A stretch of DNA of 64,000 bases, from positions 1 through 64,000 of IMG/VR virus record IMGVR_UViG_3300026549_000030, one strand, 5' to 3'. Both the position numbers and the translations under genes were made by a program. The notes under the pieces were generated by a model. It did not search any database and was not told the DNA's origin. It saw nothing but the letters and a program-made list of their open reading frames with translations. The stretch comes from a virus (lineage: Duplodnaviria > Caudoviricetes). Of the stretch, positions 55,201 through 64,000 are shown piece after piece; the first letter of the stretch is position 1, and each line of letters starts with the position of its first letter.

Positions 55201-57171
55201 TTATCTCGCAATCATTTTAACCTTGATATCCTTCTCAGGGTGATTAATTTCGAACATTGAATTCACATTGCTGTTGAGAACGTAGTTCGTGTCGTCAAGA
55301 AGAACCTTGGCGCGTCCCTGCTCTATTTCTTCAACGCTCTGTGCAATTCTCGAACTCGAATAATCGTAATTTGTGGTTCCGTCTCGATAAACGTTGTAAA
55401 CCGTGAAGTCAATAAGGTTAAGAACTCCATCCACACTGCTTATCGCACGCTCAATATCACCGACGAAGATATCTTCTCCAAGTTGGTGATTCTTAATTTC
55501 CATATAATTCTTAACCGTTTCGATTACGTTATATGCCACGTCACCCGCGTTGTAGTTCTTATCAACGAAGATTTCAACGTCGAATGCAAGGTGCACAACC
55601 TCGCCAGCCTCAATTACAACATAATCGTTGATTGCACGGAACTTTGAAAGGTAATCAGTTATGTTCCTGATAAGAACCTCGGGAAGCATAGCGCTGAGTT
55701 TTCCGTTATAGTCAAGCCCGAGCATAAACAACTTAACCTTATTGTTCTCCTCGATTGCGGAAACCCTGTAAGGGGCGCCATACTTAGGAGGCATTAACGC
55801 TATTCTGTTCTCGTAGTCCTTTACCGTAATGCAACGTTCCTGTGCGGCGCTGTTATACTTAATCATTGCCTTGATTTCCTCTACCGTAGGAGCGTCCTTT
55901 CCTGAAACGGAAGGATTTGGATTAGTTACTGAGATACTGTTCTTAACATCGGAAATAATTTTCCTTTCCTCTGCACTGCGGGCATAATTTCCTTCTCCGA
56001 TTTCTGCATTAAGGTATTGGATATTTGTAATTGCGCCAGCCGCAACGTTTGAAGCTGCTCCGCCGCCAGTCCTATAAAGAACGTACATTGTCGTGCCCAC
56101 CTTCGGAAGCGTTCCGAGGAAATCATTGTAAATCATTCTGCTGATTTGATACTTCGCAAAGTCCGTATCCTTATCGTAGCTCATATCAGAGTGCCCAGCG
56201 CTGTCTCCTGAGCCGAACGTAATCTTCAAATATCCATTATCGGTAAATTCTGTAATGAATTTCTGTTTGACAGGAATCCACTTTCCTCTCGTAATGGTAG
56301 TCGTGGGAACATATCTTCCCGTTACATTGTCATAGAAACCGTATGTGTAGGAAACGGGCTGTGGCGCGGACTGATTTCCGGGCTGCGTGGTGTCTTCTCC
56401 CCACCTGTACTGCTCAACGAGCGAATTAACCTCGAAGAATCTGTACGTAGTTCCGCTTGCTGCAGTATATGACTCGCGTGTATCCATAAACTCGCCAATT
56501 GTAGGCTCGAGTTTATAATCGGCGCCCTCCTTAAAGATAATACTCTCTACGTTCATTGCGTTGATATCAGGAATAACGATTTCCATAAATGGAGTGACGT
56601 CAGTAGCTAAAATTTCCTGTTTGTAAATCTTGCTTTCTCCTGCAACAACAACGCCTGTCTTTGTAACCCTGTATTTTCCGTTCTGAGGGGTAAGCGTTCT
56701 GATACTGTTGAACTGCTCTCCGAAATTAATGTCTTCCATTACTTCGAAGACCTGATTCCTTGAAGAAACCTTCGTTCCCTTCTTGATAATTGGAAGATAG
56801 CGTTTATCCGGCGCACCAAGTCCTGACTGACTGTTGTTCGTACCGTCAGTATATGCAGGAACAAGGCAGGAAAATTCCACCTCAGCCATTGCACCCTTTG
56901 GGCCAGGTACCTTCAGCCCATTGCTCCTTGCAATATTGAACACCGAACCTCTCTGTGAAGCCGTATCAAGATTCGTCTCGGCATACGTCTTGTCAATATA
57001 GTAGCTGAGGTTGTCAGCAACGGCGGCAACCAAGTCAACGAGCCAACTTCCAACGGAAGCATCATTGAAATCGTCCGCGATTTTCGGATAATATCTTCTA
57101 ACATAATCTACCAACGCCTCGCGGTAGTCATCGAATGTCCTGTTAAGGTATGAAATTTTGTTGTTGCTCAT
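55201..57171 (-). CDS. Baseplate wedge subunit (T4 gp6 / baseplate J-like)
   Basis: SYLNRTFDD..., DFNDAS.G, ET.LDTA..R.SV..IA, LKITFG.G, YRTGGG..SN, Q.RC.T..DYE. Confidence 0.88.
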   Translation of the reverse strand: MSNNKISYLNRTFDDYREALVDYVRRYYPKIADDFNDASVGSWLVDLVAAVADNLSYYIDKTYAETNLDTASQRGSVFNIARSNGLKVPGPKGAMAEVEFSCLVPAYTDGTNNSQSGLGAPDKRYLPIIKKGTKVSSRNQVFEVMEDINFGEQFNSIRTLTPQNGKYRVTKTGVVVAGESKIYKQEILATDVTPFMEIVIPDINAMNVESIIFKEGADYKLEPTIGEFMDTRESYTAASGTTYRFFEVNSLVEQYRWGEDTTQPGNQSAPQPVSYTYGFYDNVTGRYVPTTTITRGKWIPVKQKFITEFTDNGYLKITFGSGDSAGHSDMSYDKDTDFAKYQISRMIYNDFLGTLPKVGTTMYVLYRTGGGAASNVAAGAITNIQYLNAEIGEGNYARSAEERKIISDVKNSISVTNPNPSVSGKDAPTVEEIKAMIKYNSAAQERCITVKDYENRIALMPPKYGAPYRVSAIEENNKVKLFMLGLDYNGKLSAMLPEVLIRNITDYLSKFRAINDYVVIEAGEVVHLAFDVEIFVDKNYNAGDVAYNVIETVKNYMEIKNHQLGEDIFVGDIERAISSVDGVLNLIDFTVYNVYRDGTTNYDYSSSRIAQSVEEIEQGRAKVLLDDTNYVLNSNVNSMFEINHPEKDIKVKMIAR

Positions 57172-57172
57172 T

Positions 57173-57568
57173 TTATAACTTTATTGCCAATTGTTTATAT
57201 TCTGTTGTCTTGCCCTTATGGAATGCGAACGTCATGTTGAGAATGAATACATGTGGTTCCTCAGGCGGAGTCAATATGCTAACTTCCTCGATTTCAACAT
57301 TCGGAACATATCTCTTCACGCTTGTTCTTACCTCTTCCTCGACGGTATCCCAAGAAATGTCGTCGTTGTTTTCAAATAGATATTTTATGAGGTTTGTTCC
57401 GAAGTCTGGCTTGCGGATACGACTTCTCTTCGGCGTAAGGATAACGTGGGCGATTTCGCTCGCTATCTTGTTATCCATATCCGTATTCAAATCAACGAAA
57501 AAGCCGTCAAGATTGTTCGCCGTGAACGGAAATTTTATTCCATAATATTGCTTATTCTGTTCTGCCAT
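57173..57568 (-). CDS. Baseplate wedge subunit gp25-like
   Basis: GIKFPF, ILTPK.SR...PDFGT.L..YLFE, YVP.V.I; TATTTAT at 57592-57598. Confidence 0.88.
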   Translation of the reverse strand: MAEQNKQYYGIKFPFTANNLDGFFVDLNTDMDNKIASEIAHVILTPKRSRIRKPDFGTNLIKYLFENNDDISWDTVEEEVRTSVKRYVPNVEIEEVSILTPPEEPHVFILNMTFAFHKGKTTEYKQLAIKL

Positions 57569-57711
57569 TGTAAGAGCCTATTTCTTTAACAATAAATATT
57601 ATCAGCCAATATTTTTGTATTTTAAAAATAGCCATTTAAACGAGAAAGGCAACATATTATAATTGTCGAAAAAATGTTGTATATTTAGTCAAAACTTTAA
57701 TATTGTAGATT

Positions 57712-58878
57712 ATGTTCAGAAACACTCTTTTCACTTCGGAGGCAGTAAGCTGCGGGCACCCCGACAAAATTTGCGACCAAATCTCTGACGCAATCCTCGA
57801 CGAGTTCCTCAGGCAAGACAGGGAATCTAAGGTTGCGGTAGAATGCTTCATTACAAACAACCTTCTCGTAATCGGTGGAGAGGCGCACTCTCACGCCGAT
57901 GTTGACGTTATCGGAATCGCCAAGAAAATCCTTACCGAGATTGGATACGACGGAACTAACGGATTCGACCCTGAATCTGCGGTATTCCTCAACACCCTTC
58001 ACGAGCAGAGCCCAGATATCAGGCAGGGCGTTGACAGAATTACCGAGGCTGAGCAGGGTGCTGGCGACCAAGGAATTATGTTCGGTTATGCCTGCAACGA
58101 AATTTCAGGAAGGTACATGCCTGCCGCAATCACGCTTGCAAACAGGACAATGTTTGTCTATGATACGCTCAGAAAGGCTGGTAAACTTCCCGGAATGCGC
58201 CCTGACGCAAAATGCCAATATACACTGAAGTATGATGAGAAGGGAGAGGCTAAGGTTGATACTATCGTTATCTCATTGCAACACGACGAGGATATTGCAT
58301 TCCAGACAATTTACATTTACGTAACGGAAACTATTCTTCCGGAAGTCATGAAAGTTCCTCAATTGGCTAAGTTTTTCGCCGATTCTTCATATACAATTTT
58401 TGTGAATCCGACAGGAAAGTTCGTTATCGGCGGCCCTCAGGGTGATACCGGGCTTACGGGGCGTAAAATTATTGTCGATACATATGGCGGCTCTTGTCCT
58501 CACGGTGGTGGTGCATTCTCTGGAAAGGACGCTTCTAAGGTTGACCGCTCGGCGGCTTACATGGCTCGCTACATTGCAAAGAACATTGTAGCAGCTAATA
58601 TCGCACAAGAAGTTACTGTTCAGTTATCATACGGAATCGGACTTTGTGAGCCTATCAGCGTTCATGTTGATACCGTTAAACCGAACTATCCTAACAGCGA
58701 AATAGAGAAGATGATCAAAATTGTTTTCCCTCTTACGCCCAACGGAATTATTAAGCATCTAAACCTAAAATATCCAAATTATCTAGAAACCGCAACATAC
58801 GGACATTTCGGATGGGAGGGACATAGTTGGGAAAAAACCAACAAGGTAAAAGAAATTAAAGACTATTTCGGAGAATAA
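57712..58878 (+). CDS. metK: S-adenosylmethionine synthetase
   Basis: FTSE.V..GHPDKICDQISDAILD, QSPDI, GAGDQG, GGP.GDTGLTGRKIIVDTYGG, GGGAFSGKD.SKVDRS, YGHFG. Confidence 0.98.
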   Translation: MFRNTLFTSEAVSCGHPDKICDQISDAILDEFLRQDRESKVAVECFITNNLLVIGGEAHSHADVDVIGIAKKILTEIGYDGTNGFDPESAVFLNTLHEQSPDIRQGVDRITEAEQGAGDQGIMFGYACNEISGRYMPAAITLANRTMFVYDTLRKAGKLPGMRPDAKCQYTLKYDEKGEAKVDTIVISLQHDEDIAFQTIYIYVTETILPEVMKVPQLAKFFADSSYTIFVNPTGKFVIGGPQGDTGLTGRKIIVDTYGGSCPHGGGAFSGKDASKVDRSAAYMARYIAKNIVAANIAQEVTVQLSYGIGLCEPISVHVDTVKPNYPNSEIEKMIKIVFPLTPNGIIKHLNLKYPNYLETATYGHFGWEGHSWEKTNKVKEIKDYFGE

Positions 58879-58939
58879 ATTCTCTATGAATTAATGATTT
58901 GCCTCGATTTATCGGGGCATTTTTTGTATATTTGATTAT

Positions 58940-59539
58940 ATGATGGGTGAAAGAATTTTTGAAAATGACTTATCCCGCGAGGATAGCAGGAAAGCGTACT
59001 ATAGCGCTTTCTATGAAAGCCACGGAGTAAAAGTTTATAGCCGTAGTGATTGGAATACAAAATCAGGACACCGTGAGCAAAAAAGTGATATCGATGTTAC
59101 ACTTCAATACGGCAACATTAGACTGACCGCTTCCGAAAAGGAACGTTCTACTTATTTTGGCGATATCTTCGTCGAATTGGAACATGTCTTTGAGGACGGA
59201 ACCACTGCGAAGGGGTGGATCTTTGAAACAAAGGCTGATTTACTATCTTATTTTACCCCGTCATTCCATTTCTTCGTCAATATGCCTGACTTGAAGAACA
59301 CTGTAATCAACGATATTCTGCCGCTTATAAGAAAACAGGTTAACGACTTCGAGAAAACTGACAACAAAAGCGGAAGAATATCTGAAAACATTGGTGGCAA
59401 GAAACGTAGTATGACTGTTACAATGGCAAGAAACTCCGGTAATGGAAACAGATGGAAAACATTCGGGCTTTGTATAAGGGTTGAAGATTTGATTGATTTT
59501 GGAATCGCCGTTGATAAAACTGAGATTGATAAGGTATGA
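58940..59539 (+). CDS. Putative PD-(D/E)xK-fold endonuclease
   Basis: Q..DID...SEK.R...GDIFVE...GW....ADL..YF; ATGA-coupled to the methyltransferase; TATATTTG at 58927-58934. Confidence 0.55.
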   Translation: MMGERIFENDLSREDSRKAYYSAFYESHGVKVYSRSDWNTKSGHREQKSDIDVTLQYGNIRLTASEKERSTYFGDIFVELEHVFEDGTTAKGWIFETKADLLSYFTPSFHFFVNMPDLKNTVINDILPLIRKQVNDFEKTDNKSGRISENIGGKKRSMTVTMARNSGNGNRWKTFGLCIRVEDLIDFGIAVDKTEIDKV

Positions 59540-61554
59540 GATATATAGGCTCAAAATTGAAGCTGATTTACTTCATTAAAGAAGTTATTCAAAAATATTG
59601 CGGAGAAGATTTGTCCGACAAGGTTTTCTGTGATTTATTTGCAGGAACTGGTGTTGTAGGAAGAAGCTTCTCCCCTTTTGTGCGTAAAGTTATTGCAAAT
59701 GACCTCGAATTTTATAGCTATATAGCAAATAAAGTTGCGCTTGAGGGGTATGATTGGGAAACAGTCGAGAGAGTAATCAGAAAACTTAACTCCATTGAAG
59801 GGGATTCTTCTCTTCCGTTCGCTCAGGCTTATGCAGACGGCGGCTCCAAGGGCAGAATGTTCTACTCAGCAGAAAATGGCGCTAAAATCGCTGCTGCGAG
59901 AGAATTTCTTGAATATGTAAAGGATATACTTGACGAGAAAGACTATAATGCTGCGCTTATCTCAATTATTGACGGCAGTGACTCTGTTTCAAATACAACA
60001 GGAGTATATGGAGCGTTCTTAAAGACGCTTAAGCCAAGTGCATTGGCTCCTGTCGTGTTCAAAATGCCCGTTTCCATAGAAAACACAAATCAGGAAAACG
60101 AAATCTATCAGGAAAATGCCAATGAACTTATAAAAAGGATTGAAGGCGATATCCTTTATCTTGATCCTCCGTACAACACCCGCCAATATAGTTCAAATTA
60201 CCACATTCTTAACTATGTTGCAAAAAATATTGCGCCTGAAACCGACTCCGTTGCCGGCGTAACTGAGCATAACAAGTCAAAATACTCTTCAAAGGCTAAC
60301 GCCGCCTCTGAATTGGAAGATTTAATTAAGAATGCCAATTTTGAGTGGATTTTCCTTTCTTATAATAATGAAGGAACTATTCAACTGCAGGAAATTGAAC
60401 GAATTTTCTCAAAATATGGTGAATATCATATGGAATCTAAGGAACACCAACGCTTCAAAGCTGACAGTAAGCGCAGGAATCTCCTTGGATCGGACACAAC
60501 CATTGAGTATATCCACGTTCTACATAAGGTAAAGGAAGGAGCTAAGGCTAATAAAGACGTATTTAAGCTCTATATTATCGAAAATACGGCTCAAAATGAG
60601 CCGATAAGTACCGAAAATGAGCCGATAAACGAGCCAATAAAGGAAGAAAAGAGTTTCCATTCAAAATTGGAGTATCGCCCTATATTCGACGAGGAAGAAG
60701 AGCCGAAGAAAGAGGTTATTGTGTCCCCGCTGAACTATATGGGTGGTAAAAAGAAACTTCTCCCGTTCCTGTTAGAAAATTTCCCTAAAAAAATAAACAA
60801 ATTTGTTGATTTATTCTGTGGCGGAGCAACTGTCGGCATCAACTCGAGGTGCAAAAAGCTTATTCTAAATGACAATCTTCCTCACCTCGTGGAGTTATTT
60901 AACTATTTTTCTGAAAATGACGCAGATAAGATAGTAGAATACGTTGAAAATACGATTGCTAAGTATCAGATTGATACTAAAAACCGCGAAAATTACGATA
61001 ATTTCAAGAAAAAATACAACGAGCAACTGATAAAGAATCCTCTCGATTTGTTTATTTTAATCGCGTTTGGCTTCAATAACCAGATTCGTTTCAATAGCAG
61101 GGGAGAATTCAATATTCCATTCGGAATAAACAGAAGTGGGTGGAATCCAAGAATGAAGAAAAACCTTATCGGATTTGTCAATGCCCTGCATAATTCAAAT
61201 GCCGAATTTTCTGAATTAGATTTCAACGAATTTGATTTCTCCAAACTTAAAAGCGGCGATTTTGTATATGCAGATCCTCCATACCTCGCATCACAAGCCA
61301 CATATAACTCAGGATGGAATGAAGAGTGCGAAAAGGCACTGCTTGAAAAGTTATCCGAACTAAATTCTCGTGGAATCAAATTTGCCCTCTCTAATGTCCT
61401 TGAAAACAACAATAAGGAAAATAAGATATTGAAAGATTGGGTTGAAGAAAATGATTTCAATGTAGTTCACCTGAACATTTCATATGCTAACTCAGCATAC
61501 TGTCGAAAAAACAGGGAATCAAATACAGATGAGGTTCTTATAAAGAACTACTAA
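59536..61554 (+). CDS. Two-domain N6-adenine DNA methyltransferase (M.FokI-like architecture: NlaIII-like plus Dam-like D12 domains)
   Basis: Two full motif sets: YIGSK/DLFAGTG/DPPY and YMGGK/DLFCGG/DPPY, joined by an NEP-repeat linker. Confidence 0.92.
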   Translation: MRYIGSKLKLIYFIKEVIQKYCGEDLSDKVFCDLFAGTGVVGRSFSPFVRKVIANDLEFYSYIANKVALEGYDWETVERVIRKLNSIEGDSSLPFAQAYADGGSKGRMFYSAENGAKIAAAREFLEYVKDILDEKDYNAALISIIDGSDSVSNTTGVYGAFLKTLKPSALAPVVFKMPVSIENTNQENEIYQENANELIKRIEGDILYLDPPYNTRQYSSNYHILNYVAKNIAPETDSVAGVTEHNKSKYSSKANAASELEDLIKNANFEWIFLSYNNEGTIQLQEIERIFSKYGEYHMESKEHQRFKADSKRRNLLGSDTTIEYIHVLHKVKEGAKANKDVFKLYIIENTAQNEPISTENEPINEPIKEEKSFHSKLEYRPIFDEEEEPKKEVIVSPLNYMGGKKKLLPFLLENFPKKINKFVDLFCGGATVGINSRCKKLILNDNLPHLVELFNYFSENDADKIVEYVENTIAKYQIDTKNRENYDNFKKKYNEQLIKNPLDLFILIAFGFNNQIRFNSRGEFNIPFGINRSGWNPRMKKNLIGFVNALHNSNAEFSELDFNEFDFSKLKSGDFVYADPPYLASQATYNSGWNEECEKALLEKLSELNSRGIKFALSNVLENNNKENKILKDWVEENDFNVVHLNISYANSAYCRKNRESNTDEVLIKNY

Positions 61555-61555
61555 T

Positions 61556-61585
61556 AAAAAAGCGGGTGAAATTCACTCGCTTTCT
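61556..61585. terminator. Bidirectional intrinsic terminator
   Basis: aaagcgggtgaa-a-ttcactcgcttt. Confidence 0.75.
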
Positions 61586-62028
61586 TCTTTCTCTTTCTTC
61601 AGTCCGAATGACGCCGTAAACACATCGTCGAGGCAATCATTGTCCATGTTAATCAGCCATGCTCGTATTTTTTTCCTTGCAAGTTTTCTTATAAATTCTT
61701 CAAGCGCACCGAAATAAGTACCCCAGTCTCCGTTTCCATTCCATCCACCTGTAATATCTACGTCAAACGTTCCGTACTCGTCCTTATAGAATGGCATATC
61801 CTCTTGCCCACCGAAAATCTCAACAGTGGATTTATCATATTCACCCCTTTCTCCTGTTCTTCCAAATCTCTCCAACCCCGAAAGCGCTTTCTTAACCGCT
61901 TGCATAATCTCCTTCTCATCTGATGTCGGATTCTCAACTCTGTTTTTCTTATTGATTTCTGTTTCGTTGAGAATTCTGACAAGGCTTTCAGAAATTATTT
62001 TCCTTAATCTGTTTTCTGAAATTTTCAT
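61573..62028 (-). CDS. Putative virion-internal protein
   Basis: N-terminal MKISENRLRKIISESLVRILNE tag. Confidence 0.6.
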   Translation of the reverse strand: MKISENRLRKIISESLVRILNETEINKKNRVENPTSDEKEIMQAVKKALSGLERFGRTGERGEYDKSTVEIFGGQEDMPFYKDEYGTFDVDITGGWNGNGDWGTYFGALEEFIRKLARKKIRAWLINMDNDCLDDVFTASFGLKKEKEESE

Positions 62029-62432
62029 TTGAGAACTCCTTTCTTCTTTTCAACTTCTGTCCAAGAACGGAATGCCATATTTCCCTTGAGATATGCCTCA
62101 GCCTCTAAATGGACTAAGTTCTTGTCTTCGGTAATCTTATCGCTCGTATATCCTGATTTCTCAATGTCGCCATCTAATTGTTGACGATAATGTATACATT
62201 CATGGCAAAATGAACGTACACAATCTTTAATCGCCCTGCCATTAATAAATATCCTTATTCCATTGGATTCAGGATCAAAATATGCGGTTTTCATAAAGAT
62301 ATCGTCACCTTGGTCTGTCCTATCAAGAATCACCTTTGGGTACGGCATTTTTGTATACCCCTCTTTAGCCATAAAATCAAATACAGACTTTAAATACTTT
62401 CTATATCTTTTTGCTATTTCGTTCATTTTCAA
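62025..62432 (-). CDS. Zinc metallopeptidase-like protein (HExxH)
   Basis: RSFCHECIHYRQ with a downstream EAEAY. Confidence 0.7.
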   Translation of the reverse strand: MKMNEIAKRYRKYLKSVFDFMAKEGYTKMPYPKVILDRTDQGDDIFMKTAYFDPESNGIRIFINGRAIKDCVRSFCHECIHYRQQLDGDIEKSGYTSDKITEDKNLVHLEAEAYLKGNMAFRSWTEVEKKKGVLK

Positions 62433-63534
62433 TTATTCTGAGTATTTCTTCTTTATCTGTTATTACATCATAAGGGTAATTAATCATAAGATTGGAATAA
62501 TAGAGTAATCTTATTCCTTCTTTTTCACATAATAAATACTTCTTTTTATCGTTATGTTTCGACATTTCGAGTTTTTCTTTACCGCCCCAAGCCTTTACTG
62601 GAACAAAATGCTGTACACCCTGACACTCTATTGCTATTTTCAATTCTGGTATATAAAAATCTAACTGTAAATTATCTAAAAAAGAATATCTATGATTATA
62701 CTCATACTTCACACTATTGTTTTCTAACAATTCTATAATATCGCTTTCCAACTTGCTTTTATAGCACTTCGGGCACCCATGCCCATTCATATGATGAGAA
62801 GGCTGTTGCCAAAACTCTCCATGTTCAGGGCATATTATGCATACCTTCTCCCTATTGTTTACATAATTTACTCTGCTATAATCATAATATTCATTATGAA
62901 CCTCGTTAGACACCTTGATAAACTCTTCCGTTGAAAGTTTACCTACTCCCCCACATTTTGCGCAACCATGCTTGTGAAGATGATCTACAGGGCGTTGCCA
63001 AAACTCTCCATGCTCTGGGCATATTATGCATACCTTTTCCATAGAATTTTTATAAGCAACTCTTGAATAATCATACTTATCGCCATGTACTTTTCTTGCC
63101 TTGCTTATAAAATTTTCTGAAGTATCAGTTCTTTTTGCTACTCTTTTTTCCTTTCCACATATCGGGCAGCCTCTACCATTTAAATGGCTATGAGGCGTTT
63201 GCAAAAATTCACCATGCTTAGGGCAAATAATGCATACCTTTGTATCATTACCATTATATTCTACCTTAGAATAATCATATTTCCAACCATGTACTTCTCT
63301 TGCTTTTAATAGAAAACTTTCTTTAGTGCCAGCTAATTTCTCTTTCATTGCTTCAATTGCGCATTTTGGGCACCCATGGCCTCGAAGAATATCATTCGGT
63401 CTAACTGAAAATTTACCGTGCTTTTTACAAATGATGTCTGTTTTAATATTACTTTTCACATAAACTATATCAGAATAATCATACGCATTCCTATATAGTT
63501 TCTGTAATCGCTCAACAAAAATTTCCGTATTCAT
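62401..63534 (-). CDS. Homing endonuclease with four zinc-binding repeats and a Vsr/DUF559-like nuclease domain
   Basis: Repeats of HG.KYDYS.V.Y....KVCIICP.HGEF.Q....H..G.GCP.C; LDFYIPELKIAIECQGVQHF; TATTTATA at 63539-63546. Confidence 0.85.
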   Translation of the reverse strand: MNTEIFVERLQKLYRNAYDYSDIVYVKSNIKTDIICKKHGKFSVRPNDILRGHGCPKCAIEAMKEKLAGTKESFLLKAREVHGWKYDYSKVEYNGNDTKVCIICPKHGEFLQTPHSHLNGRGCPICGKEKRVAKRTDTSENFISKARKVHGDKYDYSRVAYKNSMEKVCIICPEHGEFWQRPVDHLHKHGCAKCGGVGKLSTEEFIKVSNEVHNEYYDYSRVNYVNNREKVCIICPEHGEFWQQPSHHMNGHGCPKCYKSKLESDIIELLENNSVKYEYNHRYSFLDNLQLDFYIPELKIAIECQGVQHFVPVKAWGGKEKLEMSKHNDKKKYLLCEKEGIRLLYYSNLMINYPYDVITDKEEILRIIENERNSKKI

Positions 63535-63589
63535 ATAATATAAATACGGAAATCGTGAGTAAGTGTTCTTATATTTTCTTTTTTTTTTG

Positions 63590-64000
63590 TTAGCCTATGT
63601 ACTTCTTAATTGTTTCACCAACGATTTTATCAATAGACTCTGCAACGTTACGATAGCTGCCCTGTCCTACACCTGCGTTGTTTAAATCGTACTGATTGAA
63701 CTGAGCCCTGTCCTGACGTGCTGATGCTGCTGCGCCCTGCGCATTATCAGCCTTCTTAGCAAATGCGTCTGCTCCGTACATTTGCTTAATTTGACGGATT
63801 TCAGAAGCCTTCCATTTATTGAGCTCTCCAACTTTCTGCTTATATTCATTTCTGAACTCTTCAATAGCAGCGTCAGCCTCTTGTTTTCTTGAATTAGCAA
63901 GTTCTGCGTTCCTCTTAGCCTTATAGTCATTTGCTCCTGCTGCAGCTGCTGTCGTTCCACCGTACTTCACGCCAGCTTTCAAGCCTGCGGCGGCGCCGCC
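63590..64000 (-). CDS. Ala-rich putative virion-internal protein (5' end outside the window)
   Basis: Frame is open to base 64000; C-terminal VAESIDKIVGETIKKYI motif. Confidence 0.6.
   Translation of the reverse strand, partial: GGAAAGLKAGVKYGGTTAAAAGANDYKAKRNAELANSRKQEADAAIEEFRNEYKQKVGELNKWKASEIRQIKQMYGADAFAKKADNAQGAAASARQDRAQFNQYDLNNAGVGQGSYRNVAESIDKIVGETIKKYIG

Noticed and set aside
1-64000. Genome-wide stop-codon reassignment (TAG or TGA)
   Set aside because: Genes of up to 2654 codons are intact under the standard code, and TAG and TGA end genes at sensible positions, including ATGA overlaps.
1-64000. tRNA or rRNA genes
   Set aside because: Intergenic gaps are short, and I recognised no cloverleaf or rRNA signatures by eye; tRNAscan-SE would confirm.

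Overview
This window is a 64-kb piece of a large contractile-tailed (myovirus-like, probably jumbo) bacteriophage genome using the standard genetic code. The host is most likely a Bacteroidota bacterium: TAnnTTTG promoter boxes, AT-rich leaders without Shine-Dalgarno sites, and BACON-like and Listeria-Bacteroides repeat domains all point that way. From left to right it holds a collagen-like fibre gene with 144-bp repeats that the ORF track missed, a deleted homing-endonuclease remnant, and a nucleotide/DNA-metabolism operon (DUF4326, PD-(D/E)xK nuclease, HD hydrolase, thioredoxin, DUF3310). Next come two sigma-70-type factors, a complete IS200/IS605 element (tnpA+tnpB), a probable holin/spanin pair, putative internal head proteins, a GIY-YIG endonuclease, SbcC/gp46, a RuvC-like resolvase, an InlB-repeat protein, primase and SbcD/gp47. 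A ~27-kb baseplate/tail-fibre module follows, then a metK - nuclease - double adenine methyltransferase cassette and a Vsr-type homing endonuclease. The most notable observations are: the SAM-supply/R-M-like cassette; an in-frame TGA in a Cys-rich gene followed by a covarying tandem palindrome upstream of a sigma gene; two promoter classes, with the IS inserted directly after the putative late promoter; a shared N-terminal tag on unrelated proteins (possible capsid-loading signal); a dense [ST][GA]x[ST] motif in virion proteins; and an apparently re-split Mre11/Rad50. All family assignments come from motif recognition by eye; no database searches were run.
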